From Methanocaldococcus indicus (lineage in GTDB: Archaea > AGJL01 > Methanococci > Methanococcales > Methanocaldococcaceae), in the NCBI RefSeq assembly GCF_049554935.1, contig NZ_CP186926.1, forward strand, positions 1,152,001 to 1,216,000: 64,000 nucleotides of DNA, given 5' to 3'. Under the pieces are notes generated by a model, which was not told the DNA's origin, did not search any database, and saw only the letters and a list, made by a program, of their open reading frames with translations. The translations under genes and the position numbers were made by a program. This document shows positions 20,888 through 31,460 of this stretch, one piece after another. The stretch's first letter is position 1. Each line of letters begins with the position of its first letter.

Positions 20888-21247
20888 ATTTAAATTTTTT
20901 GATGAAAATATGTCAAGCATCTCAATTAATGATTTAGCTTTAAAAATTGAAAAATTAGAAAAAGAAATAAAAAAATTGAAAGAGGAGAATGAATTACTTA
21001 AAGAAAAGATTAAAGAAACATCAATCTGTGTTGCAAGAGAAGAAATTAAGTATCAATCAGCAATAATTAGAAATGACGTTAGAGATGAATTAAGAAAAGA
21101 ACTTGCAACAAAAGAGGATTTAATGCTTGTTGAAGAAAGATTAGAAAAAAAATTGAATTAATTAATCAAAAACTTGATTTTTGGATAAAAATATTAATAA
21201 TATTAATTATAATATCACCATTTATTCCTAATATATTAAATTCCTAA
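20880..21247 (+). pseudogene. Coiled-coil + TM protein (DUF1640-like) frameshifted in an A8 run
   Basis: RDELRKELATKEDL motif. One extra A at 21145-52 restores IELINQKLDFWIKILIILIIISPFIPNILNS with a stop at 21247. Confidence 0.6.
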
Positions 21248-21296
21248 TATATTAAAAAATATAGGATTGGTATTAAGATGAAAATAAAGGGAAATT

Positions 21297-21809
21297 ATGG
21301 ACAATAAAGCAATTTTCTTAGATAGAGATGGGGTTATAAATAAAAGATTAATTGAGGATTATGTTAAAAAAATAGATGAGTTTGAATTACTGCCTAAAGT
21401 TAGAGAGGCGTTAATTGAATTTAAAAAAATGGGTTATTTGTTGATAGTTGTAACTAATCAGCAGGGAATAGCCAAAGGAATTATGACAGAGGATGATTTA
21501 AAAGTTATTCATAATTATATGCTTAAATTGTTGCCAGAGATTGATGATATTTTTTATTGCCCACACTTAGAAGGGACTTGTAATTGCAGAAAGCCAAAAA
21601 ATGGAATGCTTTTAAAAGCTAAGGAAAAGTGGAATATTGATTTTAAAAAAAGTTGGATGATTGGTGATAGTGAAAGTGATATAATCTGTGGGAAGAGTGT
21701 TGGTTGTAAAACAATAAGGATTCTTTATGATGATAATGATAAAACTGAGGCTGATTTTACAGCTAAAAGTTTATATGATTGTGTTGAGATTATTAAGAAT
21801 AATAAATAA
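21297..21809 (+). CDS. gmhB: D,D-heptose 1,7-bisphosphate phosphatase
   Basis: FLDRDGVIN, VTNQQG, CPH..CNCRKP and MIGD motifs. Confidence 0.9.
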   Translation: MDNKAIFLDRDGVINKRLIEDYVKKIDEFELLPKVREALIEFKKMGYLLIVVTNQQGIAKGIMTEDDLKVIHNYMLKLLPEIDDIFYCPHLEGTCNCRKPKNGMLLKAKEKWNIDFKKSWMIGDSESDIICGKSVGCKTIRILYDDNDKTEADFTAKSLYDCVEIIKNNK

Positions 21810-21890
21810 GTTTATATTAACGATTTGTTAAGAAAATTTTAAAGAATTTGGAAGAAAAAAGGCAAAACCTAATTTAAAAAATGTGATATT

Positions 21891-23009
21891 GTGGATATAA
21901 TTTCAATATTAAGGATGGTCGATAAACATATAGGAAATTTGGCAATATTATTTATATCTTTCTTAAAAACTAAGACACATAAGAATCTAAGAGATAGAAA
22001 ACCAAAAAATATATTGATTATTAGATTATGGACTTTGGGAGAAAGTATATTAACTCTTCCTATGATAAAAAGACTAAAAGAAGAGGGATATAATATATCT
22101 GTTTTAGTAACAAAGAGAAGTAAAGGGGTTTTTGAAAATATTGACTTTGTTGATGAAGTTATTGATTTGGAAGATTTTTGGAAAGTTTTAAAGAATTTTA
22201 AAAAGTATGATGTTGTGATTGATACTGAACCTTATCTAAATATATCTGCTATATTAGGTTGGTTTTTAGGTAAAACTGTTATTGGATTTAAGGGTCTTTT
22301 TAGAGATAAGTTATATGATTTTAAAATTGATTATAATGATAAAATTCATGCAGTTTATAATTTTTGTAATATGTTAAAACCGTTTGGTATCACATATAAA
22401 CCAAAAAAATTAGTTCCTCTAAAATATGGAGAGAATGATAAAGAGAATGTTGATATGTTGTTGAGAAAATATAGCTTAGAGGATAAAGAATTAATTGGCA
22501 TCCATTGTGGAACTGCTGAAACAGCTCCATGGAGAAGCTGGAAAAAAGAGAAGTTTGCTAAATTAATTGAAAAGTTAGTTGAGGATGGATTCTATATTAT
22601 TTTAACTGGTAGTAAAAATGACTATGAAGTAAATGAAAAAGTCCTAAATTTAGTTGATGATAAATTTAAAAATAGAGTATTTAACTTTGTAGGTAAAACT
22701 AATTTGAGAGAATTTGCTTATTTATTAACAAAATTTAAAGTTTTTATATCTAATGATACTGGACCTATGCATTTAAGTGCTGCTATGGAAACCAAGACAA
22801 TTGGCTTATTTGGGCCAAATTTACCAGAAAGGTTTGCTCCTTTTGGTGATGGGAATATTGCTATTTATAAGGCAGACAACTTAGATTGTTCTCCTTGTAT
22901 AAATGTTCATAAAGGAGAGTTTAAAAGATGTGAATTAAATGGAAAGTGCATGGATTTAATTGAGGTGGAAGATGTTTATAATGTTGTTGTAAATATGGTG
23001 AGAAAATGA
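21891..23009 (+). CDS. GT9 family (ADP-heptose heptosyltransferase-like)
   Basis: ILIIRLWTLGESIL, SNDTGPMHLSAA, GLFGP and a C-terminal Cys cluster. Confidence 0.88.
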   Translation: MDIISILRMVDKHIGNLAILFISFLKTKTHKNLRDRKPKNILIIRLWTLGESILTLPMIKRLKEEGYNISVLVTKRSKGVFENIDFVDEVIDLEDFWKVLKNFKKYDVVIDTEPYLNISAILGWFLGKTVIGFKGLFRDKLYDFKIDYNDKIHAVYNFCNMLKPFGITYKPKKLVPLKYGENDKENVDMLLRKYSLEDKELIGIHCGTAETAPWRSWKKEKFAKLIEKLVEDGFYIILTGSKNDYEVNEKVLNLVDDKFKNRVFNFVGKTNLREFAYLLTKFKVFISNDTGPMHLSAAMETKTIGLFGPNLPERFAPFGDGNIAIYKADNLDCSPCINVHKGEFKRCELNGKCMDLIEVEDVYNVVVNMVRK

Positions 23010-24052
23010 AAATTCTACTATTCAAGATTGGAGCTATAGGAGATACTTTAATGACGACACCATTAATACGACAATTAAGAAAAAATTTTAAAGACGCCAC
23101 CATTGATTATTTAATTGGGAAATATTCTTATGGGGTTTTAGAAGGAAACAAGCATTTAGATAACATAATTAAATTTGACGAAGATATATTCTTTAAAAAA
23201 GATTTTAAAGAATGGTTAAAGTTAATTTTTAAAATTAGAAAAAGGAGATATGATACAATTTTTGTTTTAGACAAACATTGGATTTTTAATTTAACTGCTT
23301 TTTTGTTTGGAATTAAAAAAAGAATTGGCTTTGATAGGTTTGGTGAAGGAAAGTTTTTAACTTATAAAGTTCCTTATTTTGGAAGAAAGCATGAGATTTT
23401 TTATTATTTGGATTTACTGAAGGGTTTAAGAATTGAGCCAAATTATGAAGATTGGGAGATGGAAATATTTTTAAGTGAGAAAGATTTGGACTTTGCAGAA
23501 AGATTTTGGGATGAAAATAATTTAAATGATAAAGTTGTTGTTGGAATTTGTCCAGGAGGAGCAAGAAATATTGGAGTTGGAGATGATGATTTAAGAAGAT
23601 GGGACTCTAAAAAATATATAGAGCTAATAAAAAAATTAAAAGAAAAAGGATTTGAAGTTTTGTTAATTGGAGGAAAGACAGATAAAGGAATTGAAAAAAC
23701 AATACTAAAAGAAGTTAAATGCATTTCTACTATAGGAAAAACATCTTTAAAAGAAAGTTCTGCTTTATTAAAAAAATGTGATGTTGTTGTTTGTAATGAT
23801 AGCGGACCAATGCATTTAGCAGCATCAGTTAATAAAAAAATTATTAGTATATTTGGTCCTACTCATCCATCTGAAAAAGCTCCATTACATAAAGAAAGCA
23901 AATATATTTGGAAACAAATAGGGTGTAATCCATGTTATGATTTGTGGGGAAGATTTCCAAAACCTTGTCCTTATAAAAAGAGATGCATGGAATGTATAAA
24001 AACTGAAGAAGTATTAAATATTATTGATGAAGTTATTGGTGATATAAAATGA
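23006..24052 (+). CDS. GT9 family (RfaF/RfaQ-like heptosyltransferase)
   Basis: KIGAIGDTLMTTP, CPGG..RRW, CNDSGPMHLAA and IFGPT motifs. Confidence 0.9.
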   Translation: MKILLFKIGAIGDTLMTTPLIRQLRKNFKDATIDYLIGKYSYGVLEGNKHLDNIIKFDEDIFFKKDFKEWLKLIFKIRKRRYDTIFVLDKHWIFNLTAFLFGIKKRIGFDRFGEGKFLTYKVPYFGRKHEIFYYLDLLKGLRIEPNYEDWEMEIFLSEKDLDFAERFWDENNLNDKVVVGICPGGARNIGVGDDDLRRWDSKKYIELIKKLKEKGFEVLLIGGKTDKGIEKTILKEVKCISTIGKTSLKESSALLKKCDVVVCNDSGPMHLAASVNKKIISIFGPTHPSEKAPLHKESKYIWKQIGCNPCYDLWGRFPKPCPYKKRCMECIKTEEVLNIIDEVIGDIK

Positions 24053-24966
24053 AAGTTTTGGTCACTGGAGGAGCAGGATTTATTGGGTCTAACTTAGCAT
24101 TAGAACTACAAAATAAAGGTTATGAAGTTATAGTTTTAGATGATTTTTCATCTGGGCATTTTAAAAACCTTATAGGTTTTGAAGGGGATGTTATCACAGA
24201 AAATATTTTAGATGTTGATTTAAATAGATTTAATAATGTTGATGTTATTTTTCATCAAGCGGCGATAACAGATACAACAGTTCAAGACCAAAAATTAATG
24301 ATGCAAATTAACACAGAAGGTTTTAGGAGGTTTTTAGATTTTGCTGTTGAGAATAACATTAAGTTTATATATGCATCATCAGCAGCAACTTATGGTAACT
24401 CTAAAGCTCCTCAAAAAGAAGAAGATGCTGGAAAACCAAACAATATCTATGGCTTTTCAAAATGGATTTGTGATTGTATTGCAAAAAAGTATATGAAAAG
24501 ATTTCCAGAAGCACATATAGTTGGATTAAGGTATTTTAATGTCTTTGGACCGAGAGAGCAGTATAAGGGAAAGATGGCTTCCATGGTTTGGCAATTAGCA
24601 AAACAGATGGTCGATGGCAAAAGACCAAGAATTTTTAAATGGGGAGAGCAAAAAAGAGACCAAGTGTATGTTAAAGATGTTGTTAAAGCAAATCTATTAG
24701 CTATGGATGCTAAGAAAAGCTGTATTGTGAATATTGGTAGTGGAAGAGCAGTTACTTTTAATTATATAATTGAAGTTTTGAATAAGGTGTTAGGATTTAA
24801 CTATGAACCAGAGTATTTTGACAATCCATATAAAGAGTTTTATCAAGATTATACTGAAGCAGATTTAACCAAAGCTAAAGAATATTTAGGATATAAACCA
24901 GAGTGGAGTTTTGAAGAAGCAGTTAAAGATTATGTTAAGTGGTTGAAAGAGAATTCATATATATAG
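24049..24966 (+). CDS. hldD: ADP-L-glycero-D-manno-heptose 6-epimerase
   Basis: VTGGAGFIGSN, HQAAITDTT, YASSAATYG, YGFSK and GLRYFNVFGPREQYKGKMAS motifs. Confidence 0.88.
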   Translation: MKVLVTGGAGFIGSNLALELQNKGYEVIVLDDFSSGHFKNLIGFEGDVITENILDVDLNRFNNVDVIFHQAAITDTTVQDQKLMMQINTEGFRRFLDFAVENNIKFIYASSAATYGNSKAPQKEEDAGKPNNIYGFSKWICDCIAKKYMKRFPEAHIVGLRYFNVFGPREQYKGKMASMVWQLAKQMVDGKRPRIFKWGEQKRDQVYVKDVVKANLLAMDAKKSCIVNIGSGRAVTFNYIIEVLNKVLGFNYEPEYFDNPYKEFYQDYTEADLTKAKEYLGYKPEWSFEEAVKDYVKWLKENSYI

Positions 24967-24982
24967 ATATTTGTGGTAATAT

Positions 24983-26053
24983 ATGTTTAAAGTGGATAAG
25001 ATTAAACAGAAGTTTATTGCTGGTTGGGTAATTAACAATAAGTATTACTATAGAGTAGTAAATAAATATTTAGCACTATTTTTATATTTCTTAGACATTT
25101 TTTTGAATCCATTATTTAAAAAAAGAAAATTTCCTAAAAAAATTGAAAATATATTGATAATTAGAGTTGAACAAATCGGTGATGTTATATTAACTACATC
25201 ATTTTTTAGAGAATTAAAAAGAAACTACCCTAATGCTAAACTAACTGTTTTATGTAGAAAACTTACAAAAGATTTATTTAAGTTGATTCCATGGATAGAT
25301 AATATTATTATATTAAACACTCCATGGCTTAGTAGAAATGATTCCGAGGGTTTTTGGAATGTTCTAAAGTTTATAAAAGAGAATTATAAAAAATATGACT
25401 TAGTTTTTGATTTACATCCTGACCCAAGAAATCTACTTATTGCAAGATTCGTTGGGAAATATACCATTGCCTATGGAATTAGAGGATTTAGATTTTTGAT
25501 TGATAGAGAAATCAGTTGGAATTTTAAAAAAGTTGAACATATAGTTGATAGATATTTAAATATTCTTGAAAAAATGGGACTAAATATAGAGGAAAAAGAA
25601 CTTGAACTCAAGTTAGATGAAAAAATTATGATGAATATAAAGAAAAAATTAAAAAATACGTTTAATTTAGATATAGACAAGGAAAAAAATATAAAAATTG
25701 TGTTAATCCATCCAATAAGTGGAAGAGAAGAAAAAAATATTAGTTGGAAAGAATGGGAAATTATAATAAAAAATTTATTAAAAGAAAAAGATAGCTTAAT
25801 TTTTATTGGTGGGGCAAAAAATGAAAAATCAATAATTAATAAAAATTTAGGGCATTTAATAGATAATAAAAGAGTTTTTAATATTGCAGGGCTTTTTAGT
25901 TTGTTGGAGTATATTCATTTTATAGATTTGGTAGATATTATCTATAGTGTTGATACATTTGTAGTTCATGTAGCTTCAGCATTAAAGAAAAAGATAAAAA
26001 CATTTTATGTAGCAACAAATGAGAATGAGTGGGGATATTATGGAAAAGATTAA
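24983..26053 (+). CDS. GT9 family glycosyltransferase (divergent)
   Basis: ILIIRVEQIGDVILTT, HIVDRYL and VDTFVVHVASAL motifs. Confidence 0.82.
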   Translation: MFKVDKIKQKFIAGWVINNKYYYRVVNKYLALFLYFLDIFLNPLFKKRKFPKKIENILIIRVEQIGDVILTTSFFRELKRNYPNAKLTVLCRKLTKDLFKLIPWIDNIIILNTPWLSRNDSEGFWNVLKFIKENYKKYDLVFDLHPDPRNLLIARFVGKYTIAYGIRGFRFLIDREISWNFKKVEHIVDRYLNILEKMGLNIEEKELELKLDEKIMMNIKKKLKNTFNLDIDKEKNIKIVLIHPISGREEKNISWKEWEIIIKNLLKEKDSLIFIGGAKNEKSIINKNLGHLIDNKRVFNIAGLFSLLEYIHFIDLVDIIYSVDTFVVHVASALKKKIKTFYVATNENEWGYYGKD

Positions 26054-27269
26054 AGTGTTGTATATTGGCAATTACGCACCTTGGCTATACCAAAATTTTA
26101 AATATTACAATAAGTTTGGAATTGATTTTTATGTTTTACCAATAGAAGGGAAAAATTTTTTAGAAAAGTATAAAATAAAATATTATAATGCTAAAAGAAT
26201 AAAGGATATTATTAAAATTCCAGTATTAGTTGATTTTTTAAACTATTTTTTTTCTATTGGGAATAAAGTTATAAAACTTGAAGAAATAATAAAAAAGGAA
26301 GATTTTGATATAGTTCATAGTTTAGAACCTTTTTCTCCTTATACCGTTGATGTAATTAGGTTGTCTAAAAAATATAATTATAAAATAGTTGTAGAAACAT
26401 GGGAAAATTTACCATATAATTGGGAATATTTCTCATACCTTGGAACTCCTTTTTCATTATTTAAAATAGAAAGAATTTATCATAAAAAAAATAAAAGATA
26501 TTCATTAACAAACTGTGATAAAATATTGGCGAAATCAAAAACTGTTAAAAATGCCTTAATTTTAGAAGGTTGGAATAAGAATAAAATAGAGACAATATAT
26601 TATGGGGTGGATTCAAAAGTATTTAATCCATATTCAGAGAAAGAAAAAGAGAATCTAAAAGAAAAATACATGAGAAAAATAGAAATAGAAAATAACGCTA
26701 AAAGAAAGTTTTTTGTCTTATCTATTGGCAGAATTGAATATGAAAAAGGATATATTGATATGTTTTGGGCAATAAAAAAATTAATTGAAGAATATAGAAA
26801 TAAAATTGATATTTATTGGTTAATATTGGGTTCTGGAAATTTAAAAAATAAATTGAAGGAATTATCCAAAACTTTTAGAATTGGAAAATATGTAAAATTC
26901 TTAGGGTTTCTTGATTATTTTAACTTACCTGATTATTATAATTTAGTAGACGTTTTTGTATTAACTCCAAATCCAAATATTCATTGGCTTGAGCAGTATG
27001 GGTTTGTTTATATTGAAGCACAAATGTGTAGCTTGCCTGTAATTTCTTCATTAACTGGGGAGATACCCAATATTGTTAAAAATGGAGAAACAGGTTTTTT
27101 AGTGAAGCCAAGAGATTCTTTTGAAATATATTGTAAAATAAAAGAACTTATAGAAAATGAAGATTTAAAAAAAGAATTTAGAAAAAATGCAAGAAAATGG
27201 GCATTAAACTTTGATGCTGAAAAGAAAGCAAAGGAACATGCTGAGTTTTATAGGTCAATTTTACAATAA
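26040..27269 (+). CDS. GT4 family glycosyltransferase
   Basis: GRIEYEKG, EQYGFVYIEAQ and PVIS..GEIP..NGETGFLV motifs. Confidence 0.88.
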   Translation: MEKIKVLYIGNYAPWLYQNFKYYNKFGIDFYVLPIEGKNFLEKYKIKYYNAKRIKDIIKIPVLVDFLNYFFSIGNKVIKLEEIIKKEDFDIVHSLEPFSPYTVDVIRLSKKYNYKIVVETWENLPYNWEYFSYLGTPFSLFKIERIYHKKNKRYSLTNCDKILAKSKTVKNALILEGWNKNKIETIYYGVDSKVFNPYSEKEKENLKEKYMRKIEIENNAKRKFFVLSIGRIEYEKGYIDMFWAIKKLIEEYRNKIDIYWLILGSGNLKNKLKELSKTFRIGKYVKFLGFLDYFNLPDYYNLVDVFVLTPNPNIHWLEQYGFVYIEAQMCSLPVISSLTGEIPNIVKNGETGFLVKPRDSFEIYCKIKELIENEDLKKEFRKNARKWALNFDAEKKAKEHAEFYRSILQ

Positions 27270-28292
27270 TCCTTTTTCTTTTAATATTCTTATATTTTCT
27301 TTTGGTATCTCAAATCTAATATATTTCCACATTTTAAAGGACATAGGCTTTCTTTTTATTTTACCAGAAAATATTAATTTGAATGCATGAAGTGTCCCTT
27401 TCAGAAATTCAGAATACATTTGTAAAAAAGAAATATTTGGTTCTTTCTGTTTTAAATTTTTATAAGATAGTATACTTTGAATAGTTAACCAATTTAGAAC
27501 ATATATGAAAAATAAAAATAATGGATAATTTTTATATAACATTAATATTTGATTTTTTGTCATCTGGTATTCTCTCCATAAGTTATTTCTTCTTTTAGGT
27601 GTTTCATTATGTCTTATTACTATCCATGGATTTAAAACAACTTTATAATTATTAATCCAAAGTCTAATAGATAAATCAATGTCTTCCGCATATACAAACA
27701 TATTTTCATCAAAACCATTTATCTTTTTAAAAGCTTCTTTTTTAATTAAAACTCCACATGTTGCAAAATGATTTAAATAAAAATATACAGAATTTTTTTT
27801 TAATAAATTTATGTTATTTGCAAGATCATAACATTTTTTTGTTTTTTTATCTAATTCACAAACTGCATATTCATAGCCAATTCTTTTCCCGTTTTTGTAT
27901 ATTGGATATTCAGTAGCATAACGAATAGCACCGATTTCGTCATTTTTTTCTAATAATCCAATATCTTTTTCTATAATACTTTTTAAAATATTCTCATTTT
28001 GCAGATAGTTATCGTCATCTAAAAAGAGAATATATTTACCATTTGAATTCTTAACACCAATGTTTCTACCTTTGGAAGCCCCAACATTTTTGTTATTATT
28101 TATATATTTAATGTTTAATTTCTTTTCATAATTTTTTATTAAGTCTATAATGTCTTCACCGTTATTTACAATAACAATTTCATATAAATCTCTATCAACA
28201 TTTCTCTGTGTTAAAATGCTATCTAATAAATTTTTTAAATCTTCTTTTCTGTTATTTGTCACTACTACAATAGACAATAAAGTGTTACTCAT
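27261..28292 (-). CDS. GT2 glycosyltransferase
   Basis: LSIVVVT, GASKGRNIG, FLDDD and GFDENMFVYAEDIDL motifs. Confidence 0.9.
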   Translation of the reverse strand: MSNTLLSIVVVTNNRKEDLKNLLDSILTQRNVDRDLYEIVIVNNGEDIIDLIKNYEKKLNIKYINNNKNVGASKGRNIGVKNSNGKYILFLDDDNYLQNENILKSIIEKDIGLLEKNDEIGAIRYATEYPIYKNGKRIGYEYAVCELDKKTKKCYDLANNINLLKKNSVYFYLNHFATCGVLIKKEAFKKINGFDENMFVYAEDIDLSIRLWINNYKVVLNPWIVIRHNETPKRRNNLWREYQMTKNQILMLYKNYPLFLFFIYVLNWLTIQSILSYKNLKQKEPNISFLQMYSEFLKGTLHAFKLIFSGKIKRKPMSFKMWKYIRFEIPKENIRILKEKGLL

Positions 28293-29337
28293 TTATTTCA
28301 CCTTCAATTATATTCAAAAAATACTGTGCTAATTTTTTATCTAAAAAATATTTATTAACATGAGCATTTCCTTCTTTTGCAATTTTTTTCCATCTATTGT
28401 TTTCTAAATGATAAAAAATTAAGTCTCTAATTTCATTAACATTATTGTAAAAAACAGCCGATTTTCCATTAATAAAATTATTAGGTATTTCAATTATTGG
28501 CTTTTTTGTTAATAACATTGTTTTTAAGTATGGTATTTCATAATATCTAAAAGTATCTACTCCATATCCATAAGTATTTATAGATATTTTTGAAGAGGCT
28601 ATTATTTTCAAATAATCTTCAAACCTTAAACTACCTTTGTTTGTATAACATTTTATATCATATTCTTTTTCTAATTCTGTTAATATACTAAAAATAATTT
28701 TTCTCTCTTTAGTATTTGGCGTTGCAATAAATGAAACGTCATAGTCTTTCTTTTTAATATTTTTTAAAATAGGATAGTGTTCTTCTAAATTTACAATACC
28801 TAAAGGAATTGGGCGTATTTTTTCGTTTTTTATAATATTTGTTGGATATAGGTACAAACCATTTAAAAAAATTGAATTAGATATACTTTTAAATAATATT
28901 TTTGAATTATGATATAAAACAGCAGATAAATGCTTTTTAAGATAAATATAAGATTCTAAATCATTAATTAGTTTTTCTCTTTTAAAATATACAAGAACTT
29001 TATTACTAAAAATTATTTTTCTTATATAAGGAATATCATCGAAATCTATTATAATTATATTTTTCTTACTGTTTTCTAAAATATATCTAATGAAATTAGC
29101 AATATAATCATTTAGGCATCCAATAATTATATAATCATAACAATTGTTATCTATATTTTCTTTAATCTTTTTCCAATTTGAAATATCTTTTTTATCATAT
29201 TTTACTGTAAAAGATTCTTTATCGATATTTGGCAAAGGAAAAATATCAATATTTTCACCTAATATTTTTTTTAGTCCAATATAAAGAGTATTTTTAAGAT
29301 AATGGGAATGTAAAGTATCTAATAATAAAATTTTCAT
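28285..29337 (-). CDS. Putative glycosyltransferase (CgeB / Glyco_trans_1_2-like C-terminus)
   Basis: YFKRE, YDVSF, SKISIN..GYGVDTFRYYEI and IAKEGNAHV motifs. Confidence 0.65.
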   Translation of the reverse strand: MKILLLDTLHSHYLKNTLYIGLKKILGENIDIFPLPNIDKESFTVKYDKKDISNWKKIKENIDNNCYDYIIIGCLNDYIANFIRYILENSKKNIIIIDFDDIPYIRKIIFSNKVLVYFKREKLINDLESYIYLKKHLSAVLYHNSKILFKSISNSIFLNGLYLYPTNIIKNEKIRPIPLGIVNLEEHYPILKNIKKKDYDVSFIATPNTKERKIIFSILTELEKEYDIKCYTNKGSLRFEDYLKIIASSKISINTYGYGVDTFRYYEIPYLKTMLLTKKPIIEIPNNFINGKSAVFYNNVNEIRDLIFYHLENNRWKKIAKEGNAHVNKYFLDKKLAQYFLNIIEGEINE

Positions 29338-29345
29338 AATTTCAC

Positions 29346-30269
29346 CTAAATTTTTAGCCAATGACTTAAATCTCTTCCTGTGAATTCACTTAATGATAAT
29401 ATATCGTCTTTATATAATCTAATTAGATATTCTTTTGTTTCTTTTCTTATTTTTGGTTTTTTACTTCTTCTATATGCCAAATTCACATAAATCTTTTGAT
29501 AAACTCTTCCTAATTTTAATTTTCTAGCTAAACTATAAACATAAGGAAATTTAGAGATATTTTCCAATAATACAATTTCAAATTTATTGAATAATTTATA
29601 CCATTTAGAAGAGACATCTGGAAGAATTCCAGCATTTTCTTTTCTTTTTAAAGATTTTGGAATGTAATTAATATTATTAACTTCTAAAAATTCATAAATA
29701 TCCTTTAATAATTTTTTTGGATTACTTATTATATCATCATAAAAACATATAAAAATTTGCTCCTTATCAAACAAAGATAACCATTTTTGAAGATGTTTAT
29801 AATAAAAACCAATTTCTATGTCCCACTTAGCTACTTTTAAATAATCTTCAAATGTTATATGTTCTAAATTTTTTAACTCTTTAAAATGTTTTCTTAATAT
29901 AAATGAGGAAGGTAACGAGTAGAAGTAGCTTGAGTATAACCTTTCAATAGGATTTCTAAATATTACAATTAATTTAATATTTGGAAAGTGTTTTTTTATT
30001 CTTTTATATGCTAAGGGGTCTGCGAAGTATGAAGGTGAAAATTCCCCCTTAATTGGCTTTTCTGAATTAAAGTTGGATAAATACCACTCAATTCCCTTTT
30101 TATAATTCTCTTCAAATTCAAATTTCTCACAATAGTAATATTTATTAAAAAAATGTATTTCTTTTTTCTCTGGAAGGTATATTTCAGGATGTTCAGAAAG
30201 ACATTTTGCTAACCACGTAGTCCCACTTTTTGGAGTTCCAATACCTATAAAATTTATGGTTTTTTCCAT
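29346..30269 (-). CDS. PAPS-dependent sulfotransferase
   Basis: 5'-PSB loop GTPKSGTTWL, HPEI..KEIHFF, GEFSPSY and 3'-PB motif IFRNPIERLYSSY. Confidence 0.9.
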   Translation of the reverse strand: MEKTINFIGIGTPKSGTTWLAKCLSEHPEIYLPEKKEIHFFNKYYYCEKFEFEENYKKGIEWYLSNFNSEKPIKGEFSPSYFADPLAYKRIKKHFPNIKLIVIFRNPIERLYSSYFYSLPSSFILRKHFKELKNLEHITFEDYLKVAKWDIEIGFYYKHLQKWLSLFDKEQIFICFYDDIISNPKKLLKDIYEFLEVNNINYIPKSLKRKENAGILPDVSSKWYKLFNKFEIVLLENISKFPYVYSLARKLKLGRVYQKIYVNLAYRRSKKPKIRKETKEYLIRLYKDDILSLSEFTGRDLSHWLKI

Positions 30270-30293
30270 AAATTCACCTTTCTTATATCATAG

Positions 30294-30555
30294 CTATAGT
30301 ACTTGTTTTAAATTTATAAATAATTTATCCCCAAAACGCTCCCAACTATATTTCTCAATCTGTTTTCTTGAGTTTTTACCCATTCTTTTTATTTCATCTC
30401 TATTCTCGTAAAAATATAAAATTCTTTCTTTTAAAATTTCAGTATCCATTACTGGAACTATAAATCCACTTTTTCCATCTTTTATAATATCTTTTATTCC
30501 TACATTATTTGATACGATTACTGGAAGACCTGTCGCCATAGCTTCAGCAACTGCT
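30294..30555 (-). pseudogene. C-terminal remnant of a GT4 glycosyltransferase truncated by IS6
   Basis: AVAEAMATGLPVIVS..DGKSGFIV..YSW begins exactly at the IS end. Confidence 0.88.
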
Positions 30556-31257
30556 GACACTGTCAAGTTAACGACTTCAACCAATTGTAGAACATCATGA
30601 AACTTTTAATCCAGCTAACAACTGTATCGAATTTGCTGTTATTAGGAAACCTATTATAAAATGCTTTAGTTCTTCGTTTGAGTAGTGAGAAAAAGCTTTC
30701 TACACAATTTCTCAGTCCGAATCTGACTCTTTCAAATTCTAAACCCAATCTTTGCAATGCCCACGGATACCATCTTCCACCATCGACCAAAATCTTCGGC
30801 TTATTAGAGCAAAATTTTAATATACTCTTAACGAATAATATAGTATCGAGGCAGTTTCTTGTTTCAGAAACATAAACTCCCAAGCACTCTTTCGATTCAA
30901 CATCAATAGCAGACCATACGTAAATATTTTCATTTCCAATCTTTAGTTTGGTCTCATCGATTGCAATTGCGTATCTTTCCTTTCTTTTAGGTTCGTTTAA
31001 AACATCTTTAATCTTGTGATAATAAGTCCTAACCGACTCATGGCTTATACTTTCGAATTGGGAAAGAAACAAACTTACCTTCCTCAACGATAGTCCAAGA
31101 TAATACAAAATCCCAGCTAAGATTTTAACTTCTATCGACTTCTTATTCCTTTTAAAAATCTTCTCCTCTTCGATTCTCTCCTTTAAGACTTCTATCGTGA
31201 GCTTCATATTTTATTATTTTTTATCAATTATTAATAAAAGCTTAACTTGACACTCTC
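30556..31257 (-). mobile_element. IS6-family element copy 3 (702 bp), intact transposase at 30563..31207
   Basis: IRs at 30556-70 and 31243-57; full 214-aa ORF. Confidence 0.93.
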
Positions 31258-31460
31258 ATTGATGATAGTATATTGTTATAAAAACTATAAATATTATCTT
31301 CTATAATATTTAGTTCATAATTTTTTATTTTATTATAGCAGTAATCAGGTAATATCCTATATGATTCACATATTTCCAAGAATTTATCAATATCAATATA
31401 AATATAATCATTTGTTAGTCTATTACTATTATTATACTTTAAATTAAAAAATACTGTCAT
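31258..31460 (-). pseudogene. N-terminal gene fragment truncated by IS6 copy 3
   Basis: The ATG overlaps the TauE stop codon and the frame runs into the IS IR. Confidence 0.45.

Noticed and set aside
14376-30555. Composite transposon between directly oriented IS6 copies 1 and 3
   Set aside because: The outer and inner flanks share no target duplication, and copy 3 lies inside the inverted segment.
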